A stretch of DNA of 64,000 nt, taken from positions 5,015-69,014 of the forward strand of contig JBBQHC010000002.1 of NCBI GenBank assembly GCA_038323615.1, written 5' to 3'. This stretch comes from Rhodobacterales bacterium (GTDB taxonomy: Bacteria; Pseudomonadota; Alphaproteobacteria; Rhodobacterales; Rhodobacteraceae). Made by a program: the position numbers and the translations under genes. The notes below the pieces were generated by a model that was not told the origin of the DNA, did no database searches, and was given only the letters and a program-made list of their open reading frames with translations. This document shows, one piece after another, positions 16,794-26,104 of this stretch. Positions within the stretch are counted from its first letter, which is position 1, and each line of letters begins with the position of its first letter.

Positions 16794-19133
16794 TCATTCG
16801 CCGTAGGGGATCCAGATATTCTTGACCTCGGTCGCGGCGGTCAGGAACGCATGGCCTTCGCCTGCCGACCCTGACCAATCGCGGGCCTTGGCGTGGTTCA
16901 CCCAGGTCCGTTTCAAATTGCCCGCGCTGCGCTTTTCGATCTCCACCGACAGCGGTGCCGACGAAAACGACCAGACCGCGTCGATGTCCAGATGGCTGGC
17001 AAGGGTCGGGGCCAGATCGGTATGACTGCCGGTCAGGATATTGACGACGCCCGCAGGCACGTCCGAGGTTTCGAGGATTTGCACGAAGTCCGTCGCGGCC
17101 AAGGGGTAGGGGTCCGACGCCACCAGCACGCTGCGGTTGCCCATCGCCATTGCCGGGGCCAAGACGCTGATCAGACCCAGCAGCGGGGCCTCGTCCGGGC
17201 ATAGCACGCCGATGGTGCCGACAGGTTCCTTCATCGCCAGCGCGACACCCCGGATCGGCACGTTATGCACCTGACCGTCGTATTTGTCGGCCCATGCGGC
17301 ATAGGTGAACAGACGGCGGATCGATGCCTCGACCTCTTTCGCGCCGCCCTTGGTCCCGGTCAGATCGTCGATCCGGCGGGCGAATTCGCTGGCGCGGGCC
17401 GACAGGTTTTCGGCCATGTAAAACATGATCTGGGCGCGCAGGTGGCCGGTGGTCTTGCCCCAGCCCTTTGCCGCATTCGCCGCCTCGACCGCGTTCCTGA
17501 CATCCTTGCGGTTGGCCAGTGACGCATGCCCCAGCAGCGCACCCTTGGCCCCGTAAACGGGCCGCGAATAGCCGCCATCGGGGCGCGCCTGTTTGCCGCC
17601 GATGTACAATTTCGCGGTGCGGTCGAGCGGGTCGGCGGGGGCGCCGTCGCCAGCGAACGCGACGATTTCCTTCAGGGGTTTCAGGGCGTCGCGCGGTCGG
17701 GTGTAGGCCTGTAACCCTTCCCAGCCGCCTTCGCGCCCAAAGCCGCTTTCGCGCACCCCGCCAAAGCCCGCAGCCGCGTCGAACATATTGGTCCCGTTGA
17801 TCCAGACCACCCCGGCAGCCAGTTTCGGGGCCACATCCAACGCCAGATTGATGTTTTCCGACCAGAGCGTCGCGGCCAGCCCATAGCGGGTGTTGTTGGC
17901 GATCTCGACCGCTTCGGCCGGGGTGCGGAACGTGGTTGCGGCCAGAACCGGGCCAAAGATTTCCTCTTGCATCAGGGTCGATGCGGGCGCGAGACCGGTG
18001 ATCAGCGTCGGCGGATAGTAGCAGCCCGTGACGGGCAGGGGCGTCGCGGCGACGTAGGTCTGCCCTTCGGTGTTGGCGCCCACCATTGCGGTGATCTGCG
18101 CCAGCTGCACCGGATCGACGATGGCCCCGACGTCGATACATTTGTCCAGCGGATCGCCAATGCGCAGCCCGTCCATCCGGGCCCGCAGTTTGGCATAAAA
18201 CCGGTCGGCGATGCCTTCCTGCACCAGCAGGCGCGACCCGGCGCAGCAGACCTGCCCCTGGTTGAACCAGATCGCATCGACCAGCCCTTCGACAGCGGAA
18301 TCCACGTCCGCGTCATCGAACACGATATAAGGCGATTTGCCGCCCAGTTCGAGGGTCAGGGATATGCCCGACCCCGCCGTCGCCTCGCGAATCCGGCGGC
18401 CCACGGCGGTGGATCCGGTAAAGGCGATCTTGTCCACTTCGGCGTTGACGATCATCTCGCCCACCGCGCCGTCGCCGGTGACGATGTTGACGACGCCCTT
18501 GGGCACCCCGGCCTGACGGCAGATGTCGGCGAATAGCAAGGCTGTAAGCGAGGTATATTCGGCGGGTTTCAGGACCACCGTGTTGCCCATCGCCAAGGCG
18601 GGCGCGATTTTCCATGCCAGCATCAGCAGGGGAAAGTTCCACGGCACGATCTGGCCGCAAACGCCAAGCGGTTCACGGTCGGGCCGTTCGGCGTCCATCA
18701 GTTGCGCCATGCCCGCGTGATAATAGAAATGCCGCTGCGCCAGCGGCACGTCGATATCGCGGCTTTCGCGGATCGGTTTGCCGTTGTCCAGCGTTTCAAG
18801 GACGGCGAACAGGCGCGATTGTTTCTGCATCAGCCGGGCGATGGCATAAAGGACGCGGGCGCGGGCGTGGCCGTCACGCGCCCAATTGACTTGCGCCTTG
18901 CGGGCGGCTTTGACCGCCGCGTCAACGTCGCTTTGCGTCGCCTGCGACACGGCGGCCAGAACCGCGCCGGTCGCGGGGTTCTTGGTATCGAACGTCTGTC
19001 CCGGTTTGGTAAACGCCCCGTCGATGAAATGCCCGAACCGGCCACCGTGACCCGCCAGCCACGCCAGCGCCTCGGCTGCCGATTCCGGGGCCGGGCCATA
19101 GTCCATCGTGTCGAAGATTTCCTTGACGGTCAT
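16794..19133 (-). CDS. aldehyde dehydrogenase with an extra C-terminal partial ALDH-like domain (779 aa)
   Basis: The N-terminal ~490 aa are a complete ALDH (LELGGKSPYIVF, FNQGQVCCAGSR). The C-terminal ~280 aa repeat the ALDH N-terminal/NAD-binding pattern (LYIGGKQARP...ANRKDVRNAVEAANAA) without the catalytic Cys motif. Confidence 0.85.
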   Translation of the reverse strand: MTVKEIFDTMDYGPAPESAAEALAWLAGHGGRFGHFIDGAFTKPGQTFDTKNPATGAVLAAVSQATQSDVDAAVKAARKAQVNWARDGHARARVLYAIARLMQKQSRLFAVLETLDNGKPIRESRDIDVPLAQRHFYYHAGMAQLMDAERPDREPLGVCGQIVPWNFPLLMLAWKIAPALAMGNTVVLKPAEYTSLTALLFADICRQAGVPKGVVNIVTGDGAVGEMIVNAEVDKIAFTGSTAVGRRIREATAGSGISLTLELGGKSPYIVFDDADVDSAVEGLVDAIWFNQGQVCCAGSRLLVQEGIADRFYAKLRARMDGLRIGDPLDKCIDVGAIVDPVQLAQITAMVGANTEGQTYVAATPLPVTGCYYPPTLITGLAPASTLMQEEIFGPVLAATTFRTPAEAVEIANNTRYGLAATLWSENINLALDVAPKLAAGVVWINGTNMFDAAAGFGGVRESGFGREGGWEGLQAYTRPRDALKPLKEIVAFAGDGAPADPLDRTAKLYIGGKQARPDGGYSRPVYGAKGALLGHASLANRKDVRNAVEAANAAKGWGKTTGHLRAQIMFYMAENLSARASEFARRIDDLTGTKGGAKEVEASIRRLFTYAAWADKYDGQVHNVPIRGVALAMKEPVGTIGVLCPDEAPLLGLISVLAPAMAMGNRSVLVASDPYPLAATDFVQILETSDVPAGVVNILTGSHTDLAPTLASHLDIDAVWSFSSAPLSVEIEKRSAGNLKRTWVNHAKARDWSGSAGEGHAFLTAATEVKNIWIPYGE

Positions 19134-19136
19134 CGC

Positions 19137-20168
19137 CTATCCCATCGCATGCCGCCACGACGCCGAATAGGCACCCGTGACGTGGTGTTCCAACTGCCGC
19201 TCGATATCGCCCAGCAGCGACGAGGCGCCGAACCGGAACAGGTCGGGTTGCAGCCAGCGGTTGCCCAATTCGTCCTTGATCATCGCCAGATACACCAGCG
19301 CGTCCTTGGCCTTGCTGATCCCGCCTGCGGGTTTATAGCCGACGCGGGTGCCGGTCCGGTCGTGGTAATCACGGATCGCCCGGATCATCGTCAGGGTGAC
19401 GGGCAGGGTGGCGTTGACGCTTTCCTTGCCGGTCGAAGTCTTGATGAAATCGGCCCCCGCCATCATGCAGACGAGGCTGGCGCGGGCGACGTTGCGCAGG
19501 GTGCCAAGCTCTCCGGTGGCAAGAATCGCCTTGATGTGCGCCTCGCCACAGGCGGCCCGCATTTCCGCCATTTCATCATAGAGCGCCTGCCAGTTGCCGG
19601 TCAGCACATGGCGGCGGGATATCACGATATCGATCTCGCGGGCTCCGGCGGCGACGCTTTCGCCGATCTCGGCGATGCGCAAATGGAACGGCGACAGCCC
19701 GGCGGGAAAGCCGGTGGAAACAGCGGCGACCGGGATGCCTGACCCGTCGAGCGCCTGCACCGCCGTTGCCACCATGTCATGATAGACGCAGACCGCGCCC
19801 ACCGTCAGGCCGGTCATCCCCAAGGTTTCCAGCAGCGCGGGTGACGCCGGTTGGCGGGCCTTGGCGCACAAACGTCGGACCCGCGCGGGGGTATCGTCGC
19901 CCGACAGCGTCGTCAGGTCCATCAGGCTGACTGCCTTGCACAGCCAGGCGGCCTGCCAGTCCTTCTTGACGCTGCGCCGCCCCGGCAGGGTGGCCGCGCG
20001 GCGTTCGATGGCGGATGTATTTGCCTGCACTGACGCCACCCAATCAAGGTCGAGCGGCAGGCCCGCGTTGCGCGGTTCGTGGACCTGCGGCAAGTGGTTT
20101 GCGGCGCGTGTCGGGGTCGGGTGATCGGTCTGCAAGGGGGCCTCCTGCATGCCAGTGAAACCTGACAC
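19137..20168 (-). CDS. deoC: deoxyribose-phosphate aldolase (long form)
   Basis: DERA motifs (MDLTTLSGDDT, REIDIVI, FIKTSTGK with the Schiff-base Lys, YKPAGGI). Starts at GTG 20168 or ATG 20150. Lies 3 nt upstream of the ALDH gene. Confidence 0.85.
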   Translation of the reverse strand: MSGFTGMQEAPLQTDHPTPTRAANHLPQVHEPRNAGLPLDLDWVASVQANTSAIERRAATLPGRRSVKKDWQAAWLCKAVSLMDLTTLSGDDTPARVRRLCAKARQPASPALLETLGMTGLTVGAVCVYHDMVATAVQALDGSGIPVAAVSTGFPAGLSPFHLRIAEIGESVAAGAREIDIVISRRHVLTGNWQALYDEMAEMRAACGEAHIKAILATGELGTLRNVARASLVCMMAGADFIKTSTGKESVNATLPVTLTMIRAIRDYHDRTGTRVGYKPAGGISKAKDALVYLAMIKDELGNRWLQPDLFRFGASSLLGDIERQLEHHVTGAYSASWRHAMG

Positions 20169-20207
20169 GCGGGCGGGGGTTTGGCAAGGTTTGACCGGAT
20201 GGTCAAA

Positions 20208-21062
20208 TTAGTTGCCGGGTTGAGCAGATGGCTGCACCACGTTGCGCTGAAACCGCTGGCGATACTGCGCCGGGGTCTGACCGTGTTGGGCGCGAAACAG
20301 GCGATGAAAATGCGACAGATTCGGGATGCCGCAGTCGGCGGCGATCTCGGCCAAAGGCTCGGCGCTGCCCGAAAGCTGGCGGGCGGCGTGGGCCATGCGG
20401 ATGGCCTTGACGTATTCCGATGGGCTTTTGCCAAGAAATCGCCGCGCGGTGCGGCTGACATGCGGATGGGCATGGCCCGCGATACGGACGAATCCGGCGG
20501 CACCGTCGCGGTAAACTTCGGGGCGCTGGGCCGCGAGACACGCGTCGATCAACCACGTGGGGGCATTGTCGGGAATCTCGGGGCTAGCATCGCGCAGGTC
20601 GGCGATCAGGGGCATCAGGAACGCCTCGGCATCCAGCGTCCCAAGGGCGCTGCGTTCGAGCCGCAGGGCAGCGTGGTTCAGCGTGGCAAGGGCGCGGCTG
20701 TCGCGGTGCAGCCGAACCGGGGCATTTGCCCAGAACAGATGACCCGCCAAATCCGGATGACGGGCAAGGATTGTCGCCATCAGGTCGGGGTGCAGGACCA
20801 GCGACACCACCATCGCCGCCTCGCCGCGCCCTTGCAGGGCGTGGGCATGGGCCGGGCCAAGGCAGAGCAAGTCGCCTTCGGTCAAATCGTCGGTGCGATC
20901 CGGCAGGTGATGGCGCACGCGGCCGTTCTGGACCCACAGAAGCTCAAAAAAATCGTGGTTGTGCAATGCTTTGGGGCGGGCACGTTCCAGCGACGCGCGG
21001 GCCAGATGCACGACCCGTCCGGGGCGCAGAATATCGGCGTGATGCAGGGTGATCCGGTCCAT
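20208..21062 (-). CDS. AraC family transcriptional regulator (cupin plus HTH)
   Basis: N-terminal cupin (HNHDFFELLWV) and a C-terminal AraC double HTH (...IAADCGIPNLSHFHRLFRAQHGQTPAQYR). Confidence 0.85.
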   Translation of the reverse strand: MDRITLHHADILRPGRVVHLARASLERARPKALHNHDFFELLWVQNGRVRHHLPDRTDDLTEGDLLCLGPAHAHALQGRGEAAMVVSLVLHPDLMATILARHPDLAGHLFWANAPVRLHRDSRALATLNHAALRLERSALGTLDAEAFLMPLIADLRDASPEIPDNAPTWLIDACLAAQRPEVYRDGAAGFVRIAGHAHPHVSRTARRFLGKSPSEYVKAIRMAHAARQLSGSAEPLAEIAADCGIPNLSHFHRLFRAQHGQTPAQYRQRFQRNVVQPSAQPGN

Positions 21063-21176
21063 GCCGTCAAATTAGCACATTCACCGGCGATGTCCCGCGC
21101 CATCCCGACAGGCAGCACGTGACCTTGGCCGTTTTCCGCGCTAAACCGCCCACCAAACCCCCAAAGGACTTGGCCA

Positions 21177-21860
21177 ATGACATTCGACCGCACTTTGAAA
21201 ATCGCACCCTCGATCCTGTCGGCGGATTTCGCAAATTTCGGGGCCGAGTGCGCGGCGATCGAGGCGCAGGGGGCCGATTGGGTGCATGTCGATGTGATGG
21301 ACGGGCATTTCGTGCCCAACATCACGTTCGGTCCGGCGATGTGTGCGGCGCTGCGCCCCCACATCAAGGGGGTGATGGACGTGCATCTGATGATCGCGCC
21401 AGTGGATCCATATATCGAGGCCTTTGCGCGGGCCGGGGCCGATAATATCAGTGCGCATCTTGAGGCGGGGCCGCATATCCACCGCACCCTTCAGGCGATC
21501 CGTGGGGCCGGCGCCAAGGCCGGGCTGGCGATCAATCCAGGGACGCCGATTGACGCGCTGGCGCATCTTTTGGACGTGGTGGATATGGTCTGTGTGATGA
21601 CCGTGAACCCCGGTTTCGGCGGGCAGAAGTTCATTCATAGCCAGATCGACAAGGTTCGCGCCCTGCGGGCGATGATTGGCGACCGGCCGGTGCATATCGA
21701 AATTGACGGCGGCGTCACGCCGGACACCGCGCCGCTGGTGGTGGCTGCCGGGGCCGACGTTCTGGTCGCCGGATCGGCAGTGTTCAACGGCGGATCGGTC
21801 GCCAATCCGGCACCTTACGGGGCGAACATCCGGGCGATTCGCGCAGCGGCGACCGCCTGA
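21177..21860 (+). CDS. rpe: ribulose-phosphate 3-epimerase
   Basis: IAPSILSADF, HVDVMDGHFVPNITFG, MTVNPGFGGQKFI. Confidence 0.95.
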   Translation: MTFDRTLKIAPSILSADFANFGAECAAIEAQGADWVHVDVMDGHFVPNITFGPAMCAALRPHIKGVMDVHLMIAPVDPYIEAFARAGADNISAHLEAGPHIHRTLQAIRGAGAKAGLAINPGTPIDALAHLLDVVDMVCVMTVNPGFGGQKFIHSQIDKVRALRAMIGDRPVHIEIDGGVTPDTAPLVVAAGADVLVAGSAVFNGGSVANPAPYGANIRAIRAAATA

Positions 21861-21863
21861 GGT

Positions 21864-21902
21864 TCTGCACAAAAACTGCACAATCACGGCGCCGTTTCTG
21901 CA
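21864..21902 (+). promoter_or_regulatory. three CTGCAC direct repeats phased 11 and 22 bp apart (candidate response-regulator site)
   Basis: CTGCAC at 21864, 21875 and 21897, in an AT-richer gap upstream of the OmpR-type regulator gene. Confidence 0.3.
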
Positions 21903-22151
21903 CGGCCCGACTCTAGACCTTTGCCAGAGCAGCAAAAGCAAAGGATAACAAATGCAACGCTTTACCTTGCGCGGGGTGCCACAGTGCCTGCGCCGCGATG
22001 GCTGGTGGCTGTCCCCGCCCGAAACAAAATCTGCGACCTGTCCCAAGGAAACCGGCGTTGCCCGCGTCTCAGTGTTTAAGGGCTACCGCAACCATGCGGT
22101 TGCCCGTAACCTTGCGGCAGACGATGCCGCCCCGGCCAAGGGACAGTTAAG

Positions 22152-22841
22152 ATGAACCGCCATATCCTTCTTGTCGACGACGACCCGCAAATCCGTGACG
22201 TGCTGCGGATCACCCTGACCCAAGCCGGGTTCGACGTGACCGAGGCCGCAGACGGTGCCGCCGCAATCGCCGCGACGCACCGGGCGATGCCCGACCTGAT
22301 TGTTCTGGATATCGGAATGCCCGAAATGGACGGGCTCGAAGTTTGTCGGCGGTTGCGCAAATCGTCCAGCGTGCCGATCCTGTTCCTGACCGCCCAGGGC
22401 GACGAGATCGACCGCGTTGTCGGGTTCGAGATTGGCGGCGACGATTATGTCGCCAAGCCGTTTTCGCCGCGCGAACTGGTGGCCCGGATCCGGGCGATTC
22501 TGAAACGGACAGGCACCGCGCAGAACGATCCCGCCAGCCTGCGGCGCGGGGTGATCGAACTCGACGCGACGCGCCACATCTGCCGGGTGAACGGCGCACA
22601 GGTACATCTGACCGCCCGCGAAATGGACTTGCTGACCCGTCTGATGGCGCGACCCGACCACGTGATGCCCCGGCCCAAGCTGGTCGATGCGGTCTATGGC
22701 ACCAACATTCACGTCAGCGACCGCACATTGGACAGCCACCTGCGCAACCTGCGCTTCAAACTGGGTGGCGCGGGCTGCGGCGATGCCATCGACACGGTGC
22801 ACGGCGTCGGCATTCGGATGGGGCCATGCCGGGGCGCATAG
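22152..22841 (+). CDS. OmpR/PhoB-family response regulator
   Basis: Receiver domain (LLVDDD...DLIVLDIGMPEMDG...LTA) plus a winged-helix output domain (LTAREMDLLTRLM...VSDRTLDSHLRNLRFKL). Confidence 0.9.
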   Translation: MNRHILLVDDDPQIRDVLRITLTQAGFDVTEAADGAAAIAATHRAMPDLIVLDIGMPEMDGLEVCRRLRKSSSVPILFLTAQGDEIDRVVGFEIGGDDYVAKPFSPRELVARIRAILKRTGTAQNDPASLRRGVIELDATRHICRVNGAQVHLTAREMDLLTRLMARPDHVMPRPKLVDAVYGTNIHVSDRTLDSHLRNLRFKLGGAGCGDAIDTVHGVGIRMGPCRGA

Positions 22842-23788
22842 CCGCCAAGTGGCGACCGTCGCTGGCGATGATCGTGGGCTTTACGCTGGCGGCAGTGCTG
22901 TGTCTGCCGGTCGCGGGTATTGTCGCAATGCGGTATTTGTCGCCGACGCTGGGCTACCGCGAGGCGATGATTATCGCCGGGGTCGGGATCGTTCTGGCGA
23001 CGGTCTATGTCGGTTATGTGTTGTGGCGGATCATCCTGCGGCCGATCCGGACGCTGGCCGCGCGGGCCGACGCGATCGCGCATGGGGCAACCGGGGCGCT
23101 TGACCCGTTACCCCATTACGGCACCCGCGAGACCCGCGATCTGGGGCAGGCGATGCTGGACATGGGCCGCGTGTTGCAGGGGCGCGAGGCGGTGCTGCGG
23201 TCCTACGCCGACCATGTGACGCACGAGTTGAAATCGCCGCTGACGGTGCTGCGCGGGGCAGCAGAGCTGCTGGATTCGCCGGGGCTGAAGCGGCCCGAAC
23301 GGCGCGCCCTTTTGACCCGGATCGACGATGCGGCGGATCGGATGACCGCCCTGCTTGAGGCGCAGCGGGAACTGGCCCGCGCACAGGAACCGATGGCGGG
23401 CGGCCATGCGGCGGTGGCCGATCTGGTGGACGGGCTGGCGGCGCAGTTTCCGGGTTTGGCGCTGACCGTGGCGGGCGATCATCCCCTGCCGATCGCGCGT
23501 GACGGGCTGTGGCTGGTTCTTGAACACCTGCTGGGCAATGCGCAGGCACACGGGGCGACGGCGGTGACGCTGACCACCGGCGCGGATACCCTGACGGTCG
23601 CGGATGACGGCCCCGGTGTGTCGGCCGGCAACCGGGCGCGGATATTCGACCCGTTCTTTACGACCCGGCGCGATTCGGGTGGCACCGGCATGGGGCTGGC
23701 GATTGTGCGGCGCATGTTGCAGGCGCACGGGGCCGAGATTGCGCTGTTGGAGAACGCGCCGGGGGCGGTGTTTCGGATCGTATTTTAG
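22826..23788 (+). CDS. sensor histidine kinase, intramembrane-sensing type
   Basis: Start moved to ATG 22826 (320 aa), overlapping the regulator gene by 16 nt. Two TM helices with an ~8-residue loop, a HAMP-like segment, the H-box HVTHELKSPLTV, and an HATPase domain (DDGPGV...GGTGMGLAI). Confidence 0.85.
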   Translation: MPGRIAAKWRPSLAMIVGFTLAAVLCLPVAGIVAMRYLSPTLGYREAMIIAGVGIVLATVYVGYVLWRIILRPIRTLAARADAIAHGATGALDPLPHYGTRETRDLGQAMLDMGRVLQGREAVLRSYADHVTHELKSPLTVLRGAAELLDSPGLKRPERRALLTRIDDAADRMTALLEAQRELARAQEPMAGGHAAVADLVDGLAAQFPGLALTVAGDHPLPIARDGLWLVLEHLLGNAQAHGATAVTLTTGADTLTVADDGPGVSAGNRARIFDPFFTTRRDSGGTGMGLAIVRRMLQAHGAEIALLENAPGAVFRIVF

Positions 23789-23908
23789 GTGGACCGTGGG
23801 TTGAAACCCACGGGACCGTTGCCGCTGAGGACAGGAGGGGGCGCTGCCCCCGCCCTGCGGGCCCCCAAGAGCGGGCCCCCCGGAATATTTTTAGCCAAAA
23901 GAAGCTGA
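23789..23908. repeat. mosaic intergenic element, copy 3
   Basis: GGACCGTGGGTTGAAACCCACGGGACC hairpin (23791-23817), GGGGGCGCTGCCCCC hairpin (23837-23851), then CCGGAATATTTTTAGCCAAAAGAAGCTG. Confidence 0.8.
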
Positions 23909-23912
23909 AGGA

Positions 23913-24821
23913 TCAGGCGGCCCCGATGCCCTTGCGCGACAGGAACGCGGGCAGTTTGCCGGTCTCCTTGGGGCTCTCTTGCGTGGACGCGCCGCCGCTC
24001 ATCGCCTTGATCCCGGCGATCCCGCTTTCGCCCAATTTCACGCTGGCAAACGGGCCGCCCAGCCGCGTGTGTGCCGGGTTCTGCGGGTCGAACTTTTCAC
24101 CCTTGGCCAGCAGTCTATCCGCCCAATCCTCGGCATTGTCCTGCGGGCGATAGCCCAGAAACCCGACCTTGTGGTTGGACACGGGCGCACGGGTGTTGGC
24201 GCTGACCCCGTAGACGATCGTGTGCCCGACCGTGGCGGTTTGCACCGACCGCACGACCAGTTGCACCATGTCGCGGTACGACAGCCAGGTTTGTAACGCC
24301 CGCACGTTCTGCGGTTCCGGGGTGCATGACATGATCCGCAGGCAGACCGATTCCAGCCCGCGCTTTTCCCAATACATCCGGCCCAGATCTTCGGAAAAGC
24401 ACTTGGCAAGGCCATAGAACGTATCGGGACGGTGCGGCGCGTTGGTGTCGATTCCGGCGTTGGTTTCGCACATTCCGACGGCATGGACGGACGAAGCATA
24501 GATCACCCGGCGGGCGCCGTGCTGAAACGCTGCCTCCCAGACGTTATAAGCGCCGACAAAATTCGGGCCGAGCAGTTCGGGGAACGGTTTTTCATCCACG
24601 ATGGCGCCGAAATGCACGACCATTTCCGCGCCCTCGATCAGTGGTCCGATCTGGTCCATCTGTGCCACATCTGCGCGCACATAGGTTTCGTTGTCGGCCA
24701 ATGTGTCGGGGGCGTTCAGAATGTCGGTCGAGACCAATTTGCGGCACATCTTTGCGAGGGGGGCGCGCAATTCGTGCCCCAGATTGCCCCGTGCCCCGGT
24801 CAGTACGATCTTGCCCAGCAT
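23913..24821 (-). CDS. NAD-dependent epimerase/dehydratase family, uronate dehydrogenase-like
   Basis: GARGNLG Rossmann motif, the YGLAK catalytic pair, and RIMSCTPEPQNVRALQTWLSYRD and FLGYRPQDNAE, which parallel Agrobacterium Udh as I recall it. Confidence 0.75.
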   Translation of the reverse strand: MLGKIVLTGARGNLGHELRAPLAKMCRKLVSTDILNAPDTLADNETYVRADVAQMDQIGPLIEGAEMVVHFGAIVDEKPFPELLGPNFVGAYNVWEAAFQHGARRVIYASSVHAVGMCETNAGIDTNAPHRPDTFYGLAKCFSEDLGRMYWEKRGLESVCLRIMSCTPEPQNVRALQTWLSYRDMVQLVVRSVQTATVGHTIVYGVSANTRAPVSNHKVGFLGYRPQDNAEDWADRLLAKGEKFDPQNPAHTRLGGPFASVKLGESGIAGIKAMSGGASTQESPKETGKLPAFLSRKGIGAA

Positions 24822-24832
24822 CGCGTATTTCC

Positions 24833-26023
24833 TTAGATGACGGCCCGTTCGATCAGCGGGCGATTTGCCGCGACACGGTCATACCCCAGCGCCGAAAGGT
24901 CAAGGCTGCGGAATTCGCCGTAGCACACCAGTTCGGCGATTCCCCGCCCCATTGCCGGTGACTGCTGCAAGCCGTGGCCGGAAAACCCGTTGCAGAACAG
25001 GAAATTACTGACCTCGGGGTGGGGCCCGATAACCGCGTTCTGATCCAGCGTGTTATAGGCGTAGTGGCCGACCCATTCGTTGATGACCTTGACCTGCTCG
25101 AATGCGGGAACGCGGGTGGCGATGGCGGGCCAGACTTTGTTTTCCCAGACTCCGTGATCCATCTGGAAATCGTCGAAATCTGCGGCTTGATCATCGTCGG
25201 GCGGACATCCGGTCATGTAATACCGCCCGTCAGTGCGCATATGCACGCCCGAGGGGTCGATGGTCAGCGGCAGATCACGGTCCAAAGGGCGGGCGGCGTC
25301 AAAGATAAAGGTATAGCGTCGGCGCGCCTCGACCGGGATATGCAGCCCGGCCATTTCGGCCGTGACGTTGGCGCGCGGACCAGAGGCGTTGACGATAATG
25401 CCGGCGCTGATCCGGGTGCCGTCGGCCAGTGTCACCCCGGTCACGCGGGCGCCGTCGCGGCTGATCCCCGTCACCGTCGCCTGGGCATATTCGACGCCGT
25501 TCTGGCGGGCCTTCTTGCGGAACCAGTCAAAGATCGTGCCGCCGTCGAAATAGCCTTCGTTCAGCGGGTTGTGTGATCCCAGAATGATCCCGTCGAGGTT
25601 ATAGAACGGCCACTTTTCAGCGATCTGATCGGGCGTGAGGATTTGCGTGCCCGCCCCCAGCGCGGTTTGAATTTTCTGGTTCCGGCGCAGGGTTTCGGCA
25701 AATCCGGGCGTATCGGCAAGGTAAAGGTAACCATAAGATTGCAGCGTGATATCAGGTGCTTCGGGGTCGCGCATGAAGCCCTTGAACCCTTTGATGAATT
25801 CGACGCCGAACTGGCTGATCCTGATGTTCACCTCGTTCGAAAACTGTTGCCGGATGCAGGAATTCGTGTGGCTGGTCGATGCAGTCTGATAGGTCAGATC
25901 ACGATCCAGCACCAGAATTCGCCCGCTGAAATCAGGGTTCTGCGAGGTCCAGAACGCGATCGATGATCCGATCATCGCGCCGCCGATGATAACGACGTCG
26001 TAAGAGCTGTGTTTGGGTGACAT
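24833..26023 (-). CDS. FAD-dependent oxidoreductase (DAO family)
   Basis: N-terminal dinucleotide fold DVVIIGGAMIGSSIAF. The length and C-terminal GFSGHGLQQSPAMG are typical of DAO/sarcosine-oxidase-beta-like enzymes. Confidence 0.8.
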   Translation of the reverse strand: MSPKHSSYDVVIIGGAMIGSSIAFWTSQNPDFSGRILVLDRDLTYQTASTSHTNSCIRQQFSNEVNIRISQFGVEFIKGFKGFMRDPEAPDITLQSYGYLYLADTPGFAETLRRNQKIQTALGAGTQILTPDQIAEKWPFYNLDGIILGSHNPLNEGYFDGGTIFDWFRKKARQNGVEYAQATVTGISRDGARVTGVTLADGTRISAGIIVNASGPRANVTAEMAGLHIPVEARRRYTFIFDAARPLDRDLPLTIDPSGVHMRTDGRYYMTGCPPDDDQAADFDDFQMDHGVWENKVWPAIATRVPAFEQVKVINEWVGHYAYNTLDQNAVIGPHPEVSNFLFCNGFSGHGLQQSPAMGRGIAELVCYGEFRSLDLSALGYDRVAANRPLIERAVI

Positions 26024-26104
26024 TGGGGTCGTCCTGCGCAGGTATTCAGGCGGACGCTAGTCAATCGCCGTGGCAATGGAAAGCCGATGCGGTTGGGGCC
26101 GGAG

